IMG/VR virus record: IMGVR_UViG_3300020183_000013
Location: 64,001-128,000 of that record
Direction: 5' to 3' (one strand)
Origin: a virus
DNA: 64,000 nt
Below the pieces are notes generated by a model, which made no database searches, was not told the DNA's origin, and saw only the letters and a list, made by a program, of their open reading frames with translations. Below are positions 14,226-27,900 of this stretch, one piece after another (position 1 is the stretch's first letter; each line of letters begins with the position of its first letter). The translations under genes and the position numbers were made by a program.

Positions 14226-14378
14226 ATGAGACCCTTTTACTATACAAATAAGAAACAAAAACCTTATTGGAATTTCTGGAAGGTTGTACTTGCAGGATGG
14301 TTAATACGATATCCTAAGATAATCTGGGTGCCACTTGGGTTTCTTTTAGTTCTCATATATAATGCTGTGACAAGATAA
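14226..14378 (+). CDS. Small membrane protein (50 aa)
   Basis: PYWNFWKVVLAGWLIRYPKIIWVPLGFLLVLIYNAV. Confidence 0.6.
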   Translation: MRPFYYTNKKQKPYWNFWKVVLAGWLIRYPKIIWVPLGFLLVLIYNAVTR

Positions 14379-14383
14379 GGATT

Positions 14384-14581
14384 ATGGAAAAAATTTCCGG
14401 AGAAAAAATTTATCACATCTATGCTCAGGGAAAGTGCATCTACCATTCTTTGACGGAAGACGAGTTTCATACAACCTGGATCGCCCTCAAGCGCCTTGCA
14501 GAATTAGTGTCAGATCATTCGATACTTTCATACGAAGAAGTACTGACAAATAAGGCAATTGTCTTTGAGTCATCTCATTGA
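14384..14581 (+). CDS. Hypothetical protein
   Basis: AAGGA SD; 65 aa. Confidence 0.65.
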   Translation: MEKISGEKIYHIYAQGKCIYHSLTEDEFHTTWIALKRLAELVSDHSILSYEEVLTNKAIVFESSH

Positions 14582-14606
14582 CAAGACATATATAAACTGA
14601 TAAAAT
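14578..14606 (+). promoter_or_regulatory. Sigma70 promoter
   Basis: TTGACA-17-TAAAAT with extended TG. Confidence 0.75.
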
Positions 14607-14629
14607 TGAACTGAAACAAAAACAATCTT

Positions 14630-15397
14630 ATGGCAAAAGGATTTACAGTAAAAGCAGCATCTCCCAAACCAGCAGCAGAGCAATGGGACTATGAGGCTAT
14701 CAAAGAAAGAATGAAAGGAAAATCGATTGTTTTCTGTCTTCCTGGCAGAGGATGTTCGTTTATTTTTCTGAAGGCATTTGTACAACTTTGTTTTGATCTG
14801 GTACAAAACAATATGAGTATTCAGATTTCTCAGGATTACTCATCAATGGTAAACTTTGCACGTTGTAAAGTGCTTGGTGCAAATGTTCTCCGTGGTCCGA
14901 AGCAAATTCCTTGGGATGGTAAACTACAATATGATTATCAACTTTGGATTGATAGTGACATTGTATTCAACACTGAGAAGTTCTGGCAACTTTGTGATAT
15001 GGCTCTTTCTGCTGAAGGGGAAGAAAAAGAAATCGTTGCTGGATGGTATGCTACAGAAGATGGTCACACAACTTCAGTTGCTCATTGGTTGGAAGAAGAT
15101 GATTTCCGTAAGAACGGTGGTGTGATGAATCACGAAACCGTTGAATCAATTCAGAAGCGTCGTAAGCCATTTACCGTTGATTATACTGGATTTGGATGGG
15201 TTCTGATTAAGAACGGTGTCTTTGAAAATCTTGAGTATCCTTGGTTTGCTCCGAAGATGCAAGTATTTGAATCTGGTGCAGTTCAAGATATGTGTGGAGA
15301 AGATGTTTCATTCTGTCTCGATGCAAAAGAGACAGGATTTGAGATTTGGTGTGATCCACGTATTCGAGTAGGACACGAAAAGACTCGCGTAATCTAA
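14630..15397 (+). CDS. GT-A fold glycosyltransferase-like protein
   Basis: WIDSD (DxD) motif, YTGFGWVLIK, GEDVSFC, VGHEK. Confidence 0.8.
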   Translation: MAKGFTVKAASPKPAAEQWDYEAIKERMKGKSIVFCLPGRGCSFIFLKAFVQLCFDLVQNNMSIQISQDYSSMVNFARCKVLGANVLRGPKQIPWDGKLQYDYQLWIDSDIVFNTEKFWQLCDMALSAEGEEKEIVAGWYATEDGHTTSVAHWLEEDDFRKNGGVMNHETVESIQKRRKPFTVDYTGFGWVLIKNGVFENLEYPWFAPKMQVFESGAVQDMCGEDVSFCLDAKETGFEIWCDPRIRVGHEKTRVI

Positions 15398-15540
15398 TGT
15401 TTAACATCCTCTACAAAGGACGTAAAATATATCAGAATCTCAGTTACGAGGAATGTACTGAGATTCTTGAAGAACTTTCTCAAGAGTTCTATCATAATAA
15501 AGACTTTGATGTATCTCAACTTGAATTGGAGGAAATTTAA
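15397..15540 (+). CDS. Small hypothetical protein (47 aa)
   Basis: MFNILYKGRKIYQNLSYEEC...LELEEI; TAATG overlap. Confidence 0.65.
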   Translation: MFNILYKGRKIYQNLSYEECTEILEELSQEFYHNKDFDVSQLELEEI

Positions 15541-15684
15541 ATGGCAAAACGGCCTTCGTTGAATGAACAAAAGATTGAATCTAAACCCAAATCAACTCGT
15601 CAGGGACTTGGGAAGCATACAAAATACGCTTCCAGTTCACGAAATGGTGCAAGGAAACGTTATAGAGGACAGGGAAAACCATAA
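15541..15684 (+). CDS. Small basic protein (47 aa)
   Basis: PKSTRQGLGKHTKY...RKRYRGQG; GGAGG SD. Confidence 0.7.
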   Translation: MAKRPSLNEQKIESKPKSTRQGLGKHTKYASSSRNGARKRYRGQGKP

Positions 15685-16283
15685 TGTATCTCCTAGATTC
15701 TTCTGAAGAGTGGGATATCATTCACAATGAAGATCTTTGGGTTTATAATAAATTATTTCTAAGTCGGATTTTAGGATATAACTGTGGACCTTCGGGGATT
15801 CCAGTTCCTAAGTCCGACTTTTATATTGTGCGTCCCTCTTTTAACTTATTGGGTATGGGGCGTTTCTCTCGTAGAGAGTGGATAGAAAATCTCACAGACT
15901 CTTTGCATCCTTCTGAGTTCTGGTGTGAAATCTTTGAAGGTGATCATATAAGTGTTGATTACTGTCGGAAAAAGCCTGCTCTAACTGTAAAGGGATATAG
16001 GGAACCGGAAAGTCCTCTCTATAAGTGGACTAAGTGGGAAAAAATAGAAAACTTTATAGAATTTCCAAATATCTTAAATGATCTAAAAGGTAATTATGAG
16101 TGGATAAACTGTGAATTCATTGGTGGAAACTTGATTGAGGTACATTTTAGACGCAATCCTGACTTTCGTTATGGAAATAATGTTGCGATTCCTGTCTGGA
16201 ATGGCCAAAAAGTTTTGAATGATGGTAAATATAAGTATATTGAAGATTCAGATTATCTTCGAAAAGGATTTTTAGTTGATTAA
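15684..16283 (+). CDS. Conserved hypothetical protein, possibly ATP-grasp-like
   Basis: YIVRP..N..GMG, EIFEGDHISVD and INCEFIGGNLIEVHFR resemble ATP-grasp motifs. Confidence 0.6.
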   Translation: MYLLDSSEEWDIIHNEDLWVYNKLFLSRILGYNCGPSGIPVPKSDFYIVRPSFNLLGMGRFSRREWIENLTDSLHPSEFWCEIFEGDHISVDYCRKKPALTVKGYREPESPLYKWTKWEKIENFIEFPNILNDLKGNYEWINCEFIGGNLIEVHFRRNPDFRYGNNVAIPVWNGQKVLNDGKYKYIEDSDYLRKGFLVD

Positions 16284-16334
16284 AGGGATAGAAACCCCTT
16301 AAAAAGTTCTGATTTTCACGAATCAGTAGCAAAA

Positions 16335-16589
16335 ATGACTAAAAAAGTTGATAAGGACCAAAATTTTATGATAAATCAGTGGGGAACCGAATATTTGGCA
16401 AGTGAATATGGGTGGGAAAGTAAGATTGGCAAGCAAAAAATGCTTCGTGAGATCGCAAATGACGATTTAACACCCAAAAAACACGATTTTTTCCATCAGA
16501 ACGAAATTCATTCACAAATTCGAAATGATGAAGACTATGATGACTGGGATTATGGGACTGAACCCCTCTATGAAGTCAAAAAACCCTAA
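16335..16589 (+). CDS. Hypothetical protein
   Basis: 84 aa ORF upstream of gp25. Confidence 0.7.
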   Translation: MTKKVDKDQNFMINQWGTEYLASEYGWESKIGKQKMLREIANDDLTPKKHDFFHQNEIHSQIRNDEDYDDWDYGTEPLYEVKKP

Positions 16590-16595
16590 TAAATA
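16588..16595 (+). promoter_or_regulatory. Late promoter
   Basis: AATAAATA just upstream of gp25. Confidence 0.6.
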
Positions 16596-16616
16596 AGATA
16601 GATTTATAGTATTTTT

Positions 16617-17018
16617 ATGCCTCTAGAGAGGGTAAGTAAGAGTTTTAAAGATTTAAGTATGACTTTCCAGGTCAGTCCTCTGACCTCGGACTTGATTGCT
16701 CTTAAAAATGAGAGTGCCATTGCTCGTTCAGTGCGTAATCTTGTTCTTACCCTACCTGGAGAGCGTTTTTTCAATGAAAATCTTGGTTCAAGAGTGAGTC
16801 GTTCATTATTTGAAAATATCGATGACATTACAGCATCGATTATTCAAGATGAAATCAGAAATACAATTGAAAATTATGAACCAAGAGTTAGATTGATTGG
16901 TGTGGATGTAAATCCAAATTTCGATGAAAATGAGTTTAACGTAACCATTCGTTATAGAATCATTGGCATTGATGTTTTACCGCAGCAATTATCATTCGCT
17001 CTACAGTCAACTCGATAA
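16617..17018 (+). CDS. gp25: Baseplate wedge subunit gp25
   Basis: AIARSVRNLVLT.PGERFF...LFE...I.NYEPRV. Confidence 0.92.
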   Translation: MPLERVSKSFKDLSMTFQVSPLTSDLIALKNESAIARSVRNLVLTLPGERFFNENLGSRVSRSLFENIDDITASIIQDEIRNTIENYEPRVRLIGVDVNPNFDENEFNVTIRYRIIGIDVLPQQLSFALQSTR

Positions 17019-18935
17019 ATGGCACTAGTAAATTTCACAGGGTTAGACTTTGATCAGTTAAAAATTTCGATTAGAGATTATCTCAGATCGAATTCAAATT
17101 TTACTGACTATGATTTTGAAGGATCAAATCTTTCCGTACTTGTTGATGTTCTTGCTTATAACACATATATTTCCTCATATAATGCTAATATGGTTAGCAA
17201 TGAGGTTTTTATTGACTCGGCAACACTTCGTGAAAATGTTGTTTCTCTTGCAAGAAATATTGGTTATGTTCCAAGATCAAGAAAAGCAGCAAAGGCAAAT
17301 ATTTCTCTCTTTGTAGATACTACTGAGTTCTCTACAACACCTTTAACAATGACCCTGAAAAGGGGAGTTGTTTGTTCTACAGGTAATGTTTTTGGAAACG
17401 TCAGTTATGCATTTACAATCTCTGAAGATAAGACCGTTCCTGTAGTCAATAATATTGCATTGTTTGACAATGTAGATATTGTTGAGGGTAATTTTGTAGT
17501 TACTAATTTTGTAAAAGATCCTTATAATAAGAAACAAAGATTTATCCTTCCAAATACTGGAATTGATACTTCTACAATTAAAGTTACAGTAAAGAGTAAC
17601 CAATATTCTACAAGTAGGACCGTATATACCTTAGCAGAGAATCTGTTTAACGTTACTGCGAATTCAAACATATATCTGATTCAAGAGATTGAAGACGGCC
17701 AATATGAACTTATTTTTGGTGATGGTGTTTTTGGAAGACAACTATCCGATGGAAATGTAATCGAAGTAAGTTATAATGTCTGTAATGGAGAGAATGGAAA
17801 TAATATTTCTTCATTCTCTTTTGCAGGAAGAATTACATATTTGAATGGTTCAACTGAAGTTGTTGTTACTTCTGGAATATCACTCGTCACTACGAATACA
17901 CCATCATTTGGTGGAGCTGCGATTCAAAGTGTTGATGCAATACGTAAATATGCACCAAAGTACTTTTCAACTAAAAACAGAGCAGTAACTGCAAGTGACT
18001 ATGAATCTTTGGTTTCTTTAGTATATCCAGAGGCTAAGTCAATATCCGTTTTTGGCGGTGAAGAACTATCACCACCAAAGTATGGGAAGGTTTTTATTAG
18101 CATCAAACCAACAAATGGTAATTACTTATCAAATACCATTAAAGAGAATATTCAAAGAGATTTAAGAAAATACTCTGTAGCGGGAATTGTCACTGAGATT
18201 ATCGACCTTAAGTATCTCTTTATTGAAGTAAATAGTAAAGTTTATTACAATACAAATCAAAGTCAAAGTAGTTCACAACTTAAAACTACAGTATCTTCTA
18301 ATATAGAAAACTATTCTAAATCATCCGAACTGAATGGTTTTGGTTCACGATTTAAATATAGTAAGTTCTTAAAACTTATTGATGATAGTGATCAGGCAAT
18401 TACATCAAACATTACCACAATTGTCATTAGAAGAGATTTGTCGGTGAATCTGAATGCGTTTACAAAGTATGAGATTTGTTATGGAAACCGCTTTAATATC
18501 AAAAATATGAGTGGTTATAATATTAAGTCTTCTGGATTTAAAATAGCGGGTCTTAATGATACTTTATATCTTGGTGATTTGCCTGATGCAAATGGTCTCA
18601 AGGGTAGAGTTTTCTTATTTAAATTGTCTGCAACCAATAGTCCAATAATTGTTAGAAACAATGTTGGAACTATAGATTATATCAAAGGTGAAATTTTATT
18701 GAATCCAATAAACATCTCATCAACCACATTGCAGAAAGATGGAAGCTCCACAATTGAAATTTCTGCGGTTCCATATTCAAATGATGTTATCGGATTACAG
18801 GACTTGTATTTGTCCCTAGATATTAATAATACCAATGTTGAAATCATTCCAGATAAAATCTTATCTGGAACAAATCCTTCAGGAAAAGACTACATCGTAT
18901 CCTCAAGTTATTCAAACGGACTTCTTGTAAGATAA
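17019..18935 (+). CDS. gp6: Baseplate wedge subunit gp6
   Basis: LDFDQLK...FTDYDFEGSNLS...IDSATLRENVVSLARNIGY, RAVTASDY. Confidence 0.93.
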   Translation: MALVNFTGLDFDQLKISIRDYLRSNSNFTDYDFEGSNLSVLVDVLAYNTYISSYNANMVSNEVFIDSATLRENVVSLARNIGYVPRSRKAAKANISLFVDTTEFSTTPLTMTLKRGVVCSTGNVFGNVSYAFTISEDKTVPVVNNIALFDNVDIVEGNFVVTNFVKDPYNKKQRFILPNTGIDTSTIKVTVKSNQYSTSRTVYTLAENLFNVTANSNIYLIQEIEDGQYELIFGDGVFGRQLSDGNVIEVSYNVCNGENGNNISSFSFAGRITYLNGSTEVVVTSGISLVTTNTPSFGGAAIQSVDAIRKYAPKYFSTKNRAVTASDYESLVSLVYPEAKSISVFGGEELSPPKYGKVFISIKPTNGNYLSNTIKENIQRDLRKYSVAGIVTEIIDLKYLFIEVNSKVYYNTNQSQSSSQLKTTVSSNIENYSKSSELNGFGSRFKYSKFLKLIDDSDQAITSNITTIVIRRDLSVNLNAFTKYEICYGNRFNIKNMSGYNIKSSGFKIAGLNDTLYLGDLPDANGLKGRVFLFKLSATNSPIIVRNNVGTIDYIKGEILLNPINISSTTLQKDGSSTIEISAVPYSNDVIGLQDLYLSLDINNTNVEIIPDKILSGTNPSGKDYIVSSSYSNGLLVR

Positions 18936-18939
18936 AGTA

Positions 18940-21900
18940 ATGACAGAAAATAGAGTAAAAGTTTCTTCAGTTGTAAAAAATCAACTTCCTTCCTTTGTGC
19001 GAGAGGACTTTCCTCTTGTAGCAGAATTCTTAACTCAATATTACAAATCTCAAGAATATCAAGGTGCTCCAAAAGATTTACTTGAGAATATTGACAGATA
19101 TTTAAAGATTGATAATCTTACAAATTTAGTTGAAGAGACTACTCTTACTCAAGATATTAGTTTTTTTGAAACTGATATCAGAATTGATCCAACAACCATT
19201 AAAGGTTTCCCAGAAACCAATGGACTGGTTAAGATTGATGATGAAATTATCTTATATTCCGCTCTTTCAAAGTCTAACCCAACTTTCGAGTATCCAGATA
19301 CTTTATCTGGTTGTTCAAGAGGATTCAGTGGTGTAACGTCATACGAAGATTCGCAAAAAACTGATAAGTTAATTTTTAGTCAGAGTGAAGCGCAAGAACA
19401 TACTTTAGGAACTAAAGTAATTAACTTAAATGTTCTTTTTCTAAAAGAATTTCTTAAAAAAGTTAAAAAGCAATTTATTCCTGGATTTGAAGATAGGTTA
19501 TCCAGCGAAATCAATCAGAACGTCTTCATAAAGCAGTCAAATGACTTCTATACCTCAAAAGGAACTGATCAGTCATTTGAACTCCTTTTCAGAGCATTAT
19601 ACGGAGAAGATGTTCAAGTTATCAAACCAAGAGACTTTTTAATCAAACCCTCTTCTGCTGGTTATAGAGTTAGTTTAGATTTGGTCACGGAATTGGTTGA
19701 AGGTGATCCTTATCAATTACTGAACCAAACTTTGTATCAGAATGAATATTCTCAATATAATATCCCCAAGGCTTACGGTTCAATATCTAAGGTAGAAAAG
19801 GTTAGTTTTTCTGAAGAAAGTTATTATAAAATAAGTTTGGATTATGATTATGCTAAAGATATTAACCTAAGAGGAAGTGTCTTTGGAACTTTTTCTGTTC
19901 ATCCAAAAACAACACTAACTTTAGAAACTTCTATTGGATCTACATTTATTGATGTTGACTCTACAGTAGGATTCCCTGTTTCTGGCACATTAATTATCAG
20001 AAACAGTCAGGGAGTAGAGGAAACTGTTACTTATGCTGATAAGACAAATACACAGTTTTTAGGCGTACAAGGTCTTTCTATTGCCTTTGAGGCTGGGTCT
20101 CCAGTAACTCTGGATGTTTATTGCTTTGGATATTCGAAAGAAGACTCAAGTGAAGTTAAACTGAGAGTTAGATCAGTACTTTCTGATTTGAAAATAGAAG
20201 GTGACACATATTATTTTTCACCTAATGAAAAAATTAGAATTAAATCTTTAGGTATCATAAGTGATGATTCTAAAAAGAATGAGTGGATTTTAAATATCCC
20301 AAATAGATACGAATCAGTAAGAATTACTAGTTTTATCAGAAGAGATGAAGGTAGAAATGAATATATCTATAATTTAAGAACTCCAAATGAAAATTCAATC
20401 AACGTTGGTGATAGAGTAACATTAACGAGTAACACTATTAGAGGTGTAACTGGAACAGTAATTGGAATAGTCGATTCCAATACTTTTACTACATCTTTTG
20501 GGCAAAGTTTAAATCAGACAATAGATTATACTTTAAGAAAAACAATCTCAAAGGCATTCTCCTTAAAGTATCCAAATATCTCCAATTATACTACAAACGT
20601 TCAAAATACATACCTAAATTTCAAGGATGAAATTTTAGTTTCATCCTCATCAATTCCAAGTTATTATAGTGGTATAGACCCTGTAAGTATTAATGCATTT
20701 AATAAATCTTTTGTACTTCAAGATGGGATTTATAGTGAAGATACAACTTTAAATCTTTCCACATCAAATCCAAATTTATCTGATCACGAATTATATACAG
20801 GTGATTCTGTTTATTATAGTGGTCCAGAAAATCAAACATTCTTAGGATTAAATTCAGGAATATATTTTGTTAAGAGAGTTGATAATACCTCAATAAAACT
20901 TGCTAGAAGTAGATCAAATCTGTATGAAGGTGAGTTTGTAACTTTTACAGGTTCTATAAGTGGAAATAAATTAGATTATATTGATTTTTATAATAAGTCT
21001 CTTTATCCTCAAAATATTTTAAGGGAGATTAAAGATCCAGTAGATTTTGGTGGAGGTCACGAAACAAAACCAGGATCTGTTGGTATACTTGTTAATGGTG
21101 TAGAAATTTTAAATTATAAGTCCCAAGACTCTATTTTCTATGGAAAACTTGAAAGTATTGACGTAACATCACCTGGATCTAATTATGATGTTATTAACCC
21201 ACCAGTGCTTGAAATAAGTGATCCAACTGGAGTTGGTGCAACAGGAACTTGTTCAGTAATTGGATCTCTGAAAAGAATTGATCTCAAAGACCCAGGATTT
21301 GATTATATTTCAAAACCAGTAATTACAATTACTGGAGGTAATGGAACAGGTGCTCTTGCTGAAGTTACATTAAAAGATGTTGAGCATAACGTATTTTTTA
21401 ATGCTCTGTCTGGTATTAATACCAACAATAATACAATCGGATTTACAACTTATCACAAATTTAGAAATTCTGAGAGAGTAATATACAATAACTACGGACA
21501 AACTGCAGTTTCTGGATTAGTTACAAATTCAGATTATTATGTTTCTGTAGTAGATTTCAATACGATTAAATTACATTCCAACCAAGATGATGCTATCGTT
21601 GGATTAAATACTATTTCCTTGTCTCCTGGTGCGGGAGTTCAGGAACTTAAATCTTACTCAAGTAAAAAAATTATTGCCGGAATTGAAGTTATAAATTCTG
21701 GTTCTGGATATTGCACTAAAAAAAGATCTATAGTAGGAGTTAATACTGCAATAGATCAAATTAATATTAATAGACACGGTTATTCCAGTGGAGAAAAAGT
21801 AACCTATTATTCTGAAGGAACATCAATAGAAGGACTTGTACCAAGTACAACTTATTTTGTAGATGTTGTTGACTTTAATAATTTTAAACTTTGTGAAGTA

Positions 21901-24900
21901 GGAGTTGGAAATACTTCAGAGTATTTTTACTATGATAGCAAAAAATACGTTAATCTGAGATCTTCTGGATTAGGAACTCAGTTCTTCAAATATCCTGAGA
22001 TTACTGTAACAGTTTCTGGCAATATTGGAATTACTACACTGTTCAATCAAGATCTAAGCATTTTTGAGGCAAAAATCCAACCAGTTTTCAGAGGTGAACT
22101 AGAATCTATTGATGTTGTTGAATCCGGTTCTTCATATGGAAGCTCTGAGATTATTAACTTTGTGAAGCAACCTAACTTTATATTGAAGAGTGGTAAAAAT
22201 GCAGAACTTCAACCAGTAGTATCAAATGGTTCAATAGTTGATGTTTTAGTCCTTTCTGGAGGATCTGAATATAATTCACCACCTGATCTTGTGATAAGGG
22301 GTGATGGTTATGGTGCCAAGTTAACACCGATAATTTCTAATGGAGAAATTATCTCCGTTAAAATCATTAGAGGAGGAAATAATTATACACCAGGAACCTC
22401 CATCAGTGTGATTCCTGCAGGTCAAGGATGCAATCTAAATGCAAATATCCAAAAATGGACAATTAATGTTGTAGAAAAGAATATTCACAATATTGGAGCT
22501 GATGACGGATTCTTAGAGGTATCATCTAACAAGAAAGAACAGTTACAATATTATCATCTATATGCTCCAAGAAAACTGCGCGAGTCTGTATATTCACGCT
22601 CTATTGATAATTTAAAAGTTGATACTGATATTATTAAAAATAATGCTGGCGTAGAAATTTCTTCAAAAAATCATTCACCAATAATTGGTTGGGCATATGA
22701 TGGAAATCCAATTTATGGCCCATATGGTTATACTGAAAAATCAGGAGGAACAGTCAAGTTACTAACTTCTGGTTATGTTGCTACACTGAAAGCGAACAGA
22801 CCTCCCGAATATGTTGATGGAAAACTATCATATCCATTAGGATTTTTTATAGAAGATCACGATTATATTGGAAATTCTGATCTTGATGAACATAATGGAA
22901 GATTCTGTGTAACACCAGATTATCCAAATGGTACATATGCATATTTTGCTTCTATAGAATCTCTTCCTTCTGTTGGTGGAGTATTCAATAATTATAGAAA
23001 ACCCAAGTTCCCATATTTAATTGGAGACAGCTTTAAGTCAAAACCAAATAAATTTAATTTCAGTGCATTTTCCAATCAAAATTCAATAGATCTTAATGAG
23101 ACAGATTGGTTTAGAAATACATCATTCTTAAGAACCAGTTACTATGATTATATCTTTAATCCAAATAACTTTAAGAATCACAATTCTACAATTATATCCA
23201 CATCGGTAGGAACAATTGAATCTGTTGGTATTTTAACTGGAGGAGTAAACTATAAGGTAAATAATTCTGTTATCTTTGATAATTTAAATAGCGGCGGAGT
23301 AAATGCAAATGCAACTGTAGAAAGAGTTTCTGGAAAAACAGTTTCGAACATTAGTGTTGGTACAACTTTCATTACTGATGTTCAATTATTACCATCTCGT
23401 GGTGGTGAAATAATTGCATTTACCGAATATCCCCATAATTTAAACAATGATAATCTTACCCGTATTTCGGGAATTAATACTTCTACATCAGATATCTACG
23501 GATCGTATAACATAGGAGTATCTTCTAGTTTTTATATTCTAACTCAAGAGTTAGCAAACTCAGCAACTACCGGTATTACCACATACATCTTTGTTGATGG
23601 TAATATTTCTTTCCCATATCTTAGAGAAGATGATATTTTAACCATTGAATCTGAAAAAGTAAAAGTCCTTAATATTGACCTAGCACAATCTAGAATAAGA
23701 GTTAACAGAGAATATAATGGAACAACTGGTGCAGCACACACTGCAACAACAGTAATTTACAATGATTCAAGAACCTTTACTTTTACACACAATATCAAGG
23801 GACAAAATAATTTTGAAATTGATAGAAAATTATATTTCAATCCAATTGAAACAGTTGGATTAGGAACTATTGCCGGAGTAGGGATTGGAACAACATTATC
23901 ATTCTCAAACCCCGGAGTTGGAGTCACACAAAAGTTCATACCAACAAGAACTTTGTATTTACCAAATCACCAATTAAAAACTGGAGATTTACTAATCTAC
24001 TCAAGTGGTAATGGAAGCCCTATTTCCATATCCACAAATGGTATTTCAACATCATCTCTTACAAATTTACAAACAGTTTATGCAGCCAAGTTTTCAGATG
24101 ATCTAATTGGAATTTCAACTGTTAAAGTATATTTGAACTCCTCTGGTAACTTTGTAGGAGTTGCAAGTACTTCTAATAGTATTTTGTATTTCACTGGAAT
24201 CGGTACCGGTGTATATCACAGTTTTACAACTGTAAAAAATAATGTTCTTAAGTGTTTAGTAAGTAAGAACACAGTAACTGTATCGACTGCATCTACTCAC
24301 AACCTCAATTTAAAAGATAATGTAAAAATTGATGTAAATCCATCTATAGGATCTACTATTATTGTAAAGTATGATGATTATAATAGAAGAATTCTAATCA
24401 ATCCTAAGAGTTTCTTATCCTCAGATATTGATTTAACTGAAAATTCTATTTACTTACAAAATCATGACTTTAAGAATGGGGATAAAGTAGTATACACTGC
24501 AAACTCACCATCTGGTGGATTGGAAAACAATAGAATTTATTATGTATTTTCCTTTACTAAAGACAAGATAAAATTATGTGAAGATAGACACAAAGTTTTT
24601 TCTGAAAATCCAATATTTGTTGATATTACATCTGCAACTGATGGAACACTTTCGCCAATAAATCCACCAATCAAACTCTATAAAAATTCATCTGTTAAAT
24701 TTGATTTATCAGATTCATCTTTATCTGTTGTAAGAAATCTACAAAGATATCCTGCCTTTGAATTTAATATCTTTAAAGATTCTGAATTCAATTTCTTATT
24801 TGATTCTTCTGTACAGTCTAATAATTTTGAAGTAATTAGATCTACTGGAAGAGTTGGTATTGATGAATCTGCATCAGTAACCATTAGAATTAAAAATACT

Positions 24901-27900
24901 ACTCCAACAACACTTTATTACGACTTGACTCCTTTAGATAATTCAATTACAAGAAATAGTGATAAATTTGAAAAAATTATTGATAAAGAGGTTGTTAACA
25001 ACAATCAAATAACATTATTAAACAGCGGATATAGTGGATCTTATTCTGTTTCAGGAATAACTAGCACAACATTTAGTTATGATATTCAGAATGTACCCGA
25101 AAAATCTTCATACACTACTTCCGAAGCCTTTATAACTTATGATACTTCATCATTAACAGAATCTGGATCTATAACAAAGATTAAAGTTAATAATAGAGGA
25201 ATAAATTATAAAGTATTACCAGGAATTTCAACCGTTTCTACTCAAAATGGTTCTGGTGCTATTTTAGAACCTCAAAGTAGATCAATTGGAAAAATTATAT
25301 CAACAAAAATTGATGATATTGGATTTAATTATCCAACAGACTTTACTTTAAAACCAATAGTTAATGTTCCAGAAATTTTGAAAATGGAACAATTAACTTC
25401 ATTTGAAAAAATTGATGTTCTTACATATGGTAAAAATTACTTGGTTCCTCCTAGAATTATTGTTTTAGATGGATTTAGAAAAAATGTTGTAAATGATGTT
25501 ATATTGAGATTTGATTTTAGAAGTAAAGAATTAAAGATTGAAAAGAACACTTTTGGAATCTCCAATGTTGATCCAATCTTTATCCCTGTAAATAATTCTA
25601 ATGGCGTAGGAATTGGATCTATATCATTTAACCCATCAACTAAAAATGTCACTGTTAAGATGGGTGTTGGATTTAGCACGGATAATACATTCCCATTTGA
25701 AGTTGGTGATCGTGTTTTAATTGAAAATATTGGAATTACAACTTTAGGAAAAGGATATAATTCTTCTCAATATAACTATCAACTCTTTACATTAACAGAA
25801 GTCGATCAAAATATTGGTGGTATAGGATCAGTAACATATAATCTTTCTGACTTCTTATCTGATGGAGAATATCCAGGTATTTTTGATTCGGAAATTACTT
25901 CTGGAAGAATCATTCCAGAAAAGGATTTCCCAACCTTTAAGGCAATCTTGAAGAAGAATAACTTTATCATTGGTGAAGAAGTTGAAACTACAAATGGTTA
26001 TAATGGTGTTATTGAAAGTTGGAACTCAAACATTGAGTTATTAAAAGTTTCTTCCGATAGTGATTTTAAAATTGGAGAAACTGTAACTGGTAAGACCTCA
26101 AATACGCAAGGAATAATTAGAAGCAAAATTGATTTTGATGCGTATGTAAATCTAGATAGTAGTTCTTTAGTTTCTAGTGGATGGGAGTATGAGACTGGTA
26201 TTCTCAACAATTCTACTCAAAGAGTTCATGACAATGAATACTATCAAGATTTTTCATATTCTCTTAAGTCCAAAGTTTCATATGATGTTTGGGATAGTGC
26301 TGTAGATTCACTCAATCATACATCAGGATTCCTAAAGTTTAGTGATCTAATAGTTGAGTCTTCTCCTTCAGTTTCTGGATCACCAATAATAGCTCAAAAT
26401 GCAACCGAAACTTTGGTTGATATTGTTGAAGAAGTTGATACCAACTGTACATTTAATTTTGATTTGGTAACCGAAACTTCTTTCTCAATTGCCTCGGAGA
26501 CACTATCCAATCAAATTTTATTCAATAATAAAACTTTGATGGATTATTCTGAGTCAATTGGAAACAGAGTATTACTAATTGATGATATAAGTCCACAATT
26601 CAACAGCACTCCAAGACCAACCAATTTTTCTGTAGTTGGGTATTCAAGTGTTGATTCTCATTATAGAAAATATTTTGTTCACATTAGAGATAAGGTATTT
26701 TCTAAAGAACGTCAATTAATGTTGATTTCGGTTCTCCACGATGGATCCAATATATTTTCGAATCAATATGCAAAAGTCAATACTTATAGAGATCTTGGAT
26801 CTTTTGATTTCAAAATTTCTGGATTAGATTTACAATTTCTTTATTATCCAATTGATTTTGAAGTAAATGATTATAATGTTTCTCACGTTTCTTATGGATT
26901 AGAAGATGCATTCTCTGGAATTGGAACAGTTTCTCTAGGAGATTCTGTAAACATTGTAACTGATAGCATAGAAATTCAGTCTGGAATAACTACAACTGTT
27001 GTTGGAATTGCATCAACATATAGGTCTTCTAAGATTTTAGTTCTTGTAAATGATGTAGATAATAATGTTTACCAATCAAATGAACTTAGTGTTCTTTTTG
27101 ACGGTACTGATGTTAACCTGTTGGAGTACGGTCAACTTTCTAATGACAATCTGACCTCATTTGGATCTCCTGGTATAGGAACCTATGTGGTTTATTATGA
27201 TGCACTTTCATCACTAATTAATGTTGATTTTGTTCCAAGAGTTGGATTGGGAGCATCCTTGATAGCAAACACTATTTGTGTATCAATATCAAATACTTCT
27301 TCAGTTGGAGTTGGAACAACAGTTTTACAAACTGGTGATCTCAATTCTACAGTTACTTCAATAGCTTCTACTACGGCTCCAGTTCAAGTTCAAATTTCTC
27401 AGTTCCAATCACCACACGAATCTTCATATTGCATTGTAAGTATTGAAGATCTTACAAATAACCAATATAGAATGTCGGAGGTTGTTTCAATAACTGATGA
27501 TGATAATGCATATTTTGTTGAATATGGAATTATTGAAACTGGAAGCGGAATTGGAACAATTGGAATAGGCACAACTACTTCAAATAAAGTAAATCTATAT
27601 TTTACTCCTAATGCAAATACAGAGACTCAAGTTAGAGTTTTCCAAAATTCTCTCAGTCTTCAGGATGATGAAATTGAACTTGCATTAATAGATCTTAACA
27701 ATGGCGAAATTGAGTCTGGTTATGGAGAATATACCGGTATTGAAAAATCGGTCAGAAAAGATTTCAATTTAACTCATAAAGGAAATCAAATTTTTGAGCG
27801 CACATTTGTTGGTAGCAGTTCAACAACGGTTGATGTTGCTACAAATACTATTCTAATTCCAAATCACTTCTTCGTAACTGGAGAAAAACTAACTTATACC

